From the NCBI GenBank assembly GCA_024679065.1, contig JAGIQG010000013.1, positions 42,656,001 through 42,720,000 of the forward strand: DNA of 64,000 nt, written 5' to 3'. The translations under genes were made by a program, and so were the position numbers. Positions within the stretch are counted from its first letter, which is position 1; each line of letters opens with the position of its first letter. Below, one piece after another: positions 62,500-64,000 of this stretch. The stretch is from Sphyrna mokarran. Taxonomy: Eukaryota. Under the pieces are notes generated by a model that was given only the letters and a program-made list of their open reading frames with translations, was not told where the DNA came from and did no database searches.

Positions 62500-63480
62500 C
62501 ATAAGAACTTGGAGCAGGAATAGGTCATTTGACCCCTCAGGTCTGTTCCACCATTCAATAAGATCATGGCTGATCTTTTTGTGAAGTCATCTCCACTCAC
62601 TTGCCTGCTGACCATAAGCCGTAATTCCTTTACTGTTCAAAAATGTATTTACCTTGCCCTTAGAGTGGCATAGTGGTTAGCACTGCCAGGGATCCATGTT
62701 CAAATCCCACTTGGGTCATTGTCTATGTGAAGTCTGCATATTCTCTTTGTGTCTGAGTGGGTTGTGGTTGGTGCAGACTCTATAGGCTGAATGGCCTCCT
62801 TCTATGATCCTATAATTCTAAAAATGTTCAATGAGGTAGCCTCAACTCTCAAATCTGCTCAGGCTTAATTTGAGGCTATGTCCCTTAGTCCTTGTTTAAC
62901 CCACCAGTGGAAACAACCTCCCTACTTCTATCTTACCTATTCCCTTCATAATCTTATATGTTTCTATAAGAACCCCCCCTTATTCATTTGAATTCCAATG
63001 AGTATAATCCCAGTCTACTCAATCCCTCCTCACAAGCCAACCCTCTCAATTCCAGAATCAACCTAGTGAATCTCCTCTGCACCCCCCCCCCACCCCCCCA
63101 CCCCCCTCCCCTGCAACCCCACGTGCTGGTATATCTTTCTCGAGTAAGGAAAATTGTACATAATACTCCAAGTGTAGCCTCACCGGCATCTTATACAGCT
63201 GTAATATAACCTTCCTGTTTTTAAATTCCACGCCCTAGCAATAAAGGGTACAATTCAATTTGCCTTCTTAATCAACTTCTGCACCTGCAAGCCAACATTT
63301 TGTGATTCATGTACAAAGTCACTCAGGTCCCTCTGCACAGCAGCATGCTACAATTATTTACCATTTAAGTTATTGTCCATTTTGCTGTTATTCCTACCAA
63401 AATGAATGACCTCAGATTTACCAACATCGTATTCCATCTGCCAGACCCTCGCCCATTCACTTAGACTACCTTTGCAGACT
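62500..63480 (-). mobile_element. CR1 LINE RT C-terminus and 3' end, with an internally deleted SINE at 62664-62818
   Basis: Reversed LSEWARVWQMEYDVGKSEVIHFGRNN; 3' end cataagaacttggagcaggaataggtc. Confidence 0.88.
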
Positions 63481-63829
63481 TTCAATAGATCATGAAGATG
63501 GCTCATAATCACCTTCTAAAGGGCAATTAGGGATGGCCAATATATGCTAGTCTATCCCTGCAACGTCCTGAGAGAAAATAATAAAACAAAATTCCAATAA
63601 AGACCAGTTAAAATAATTGATTGAACAAATCTGTTTTAAGTAATATTTGTTGCATTTTTACAACAGGATCTGATGAGCAGAAATTTTGAGTATCAATGTT
63701 CCATTTGAGCAACGTTAATAATGGTTTTCCTAAACCATTAAATCCAATGTATGATATTTTTTCTGCCCCTAGCGCCAACAATATGTAAGGCAAGATTAAT
63801 AACTCTTTCTTCATTAATGTATCTTAGCA

Positions 63830-64000
63830 AAACTCAAATCAACGAATATCAGGAGCAAACTCTCCGTTGCTCACCAGTCATACCTGGCACATTGTAAGAT
63901 GGTTGCGATTGTGGAGGGTCAATCATCTCAGCTCTAGGACATTTCTGCAGTAGTTCCTCAGAGTAGTATTCTGGGCCAAACAATCTGCTTCATCAATGAT
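63830..64000 (+). mobile_element. CR1/L2-group LINE RT fragment, runs off the window
   Basis: SYLAHCKMVAIVEGQSSQL*DISAVVPQSSILG, matching GVPQGSVLGP. Confidence 0.8.

Noticed and set aside
63078-63122. C-rich tract with G-quadruplex potential (similar tract at 13655-13685)
   Set aside because: Low-complexity run inside a CR1 fragment with no supporting context

Overview
Eukaryotic, AT-rich and repeat-dense DNA with no recognisable host protein-coding gene. It reads as intergenic or deep-intronic sequence. The repeat set (tRNA-headed V-SINE/HE1-like SINEs, Deu-domain SINEs, CR1/L2 LINEs, Neptune-type Penelope elements, Harbinger transposons and MITEs) suggests a cartilaginous fish genome, which is an inference. 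The ORF track is almost all decayed transposon fragments or chance ORFs. The clearest hidden structure is ten minimal type-I hammerhead ribozyme motifs (intact or decayed) in the pseudo-LTRs of two Penelope-like families; stem II differs in sequence between copies but keeps its pairing. Other points of note: Penelope insertions with inverted ends, target-site duplications (TSDs) and a shared tail junction; two fold-back inverted duplications of apparently unique DNA; a very decayed R2-superfamily-like reverse transcriptase (RT) relic; two two-gene Harbinger elements; and repeat-free islands that may be conserved non-coding elements. All alignments and identities were done by eye, and boundaries of old repeats are approximate.
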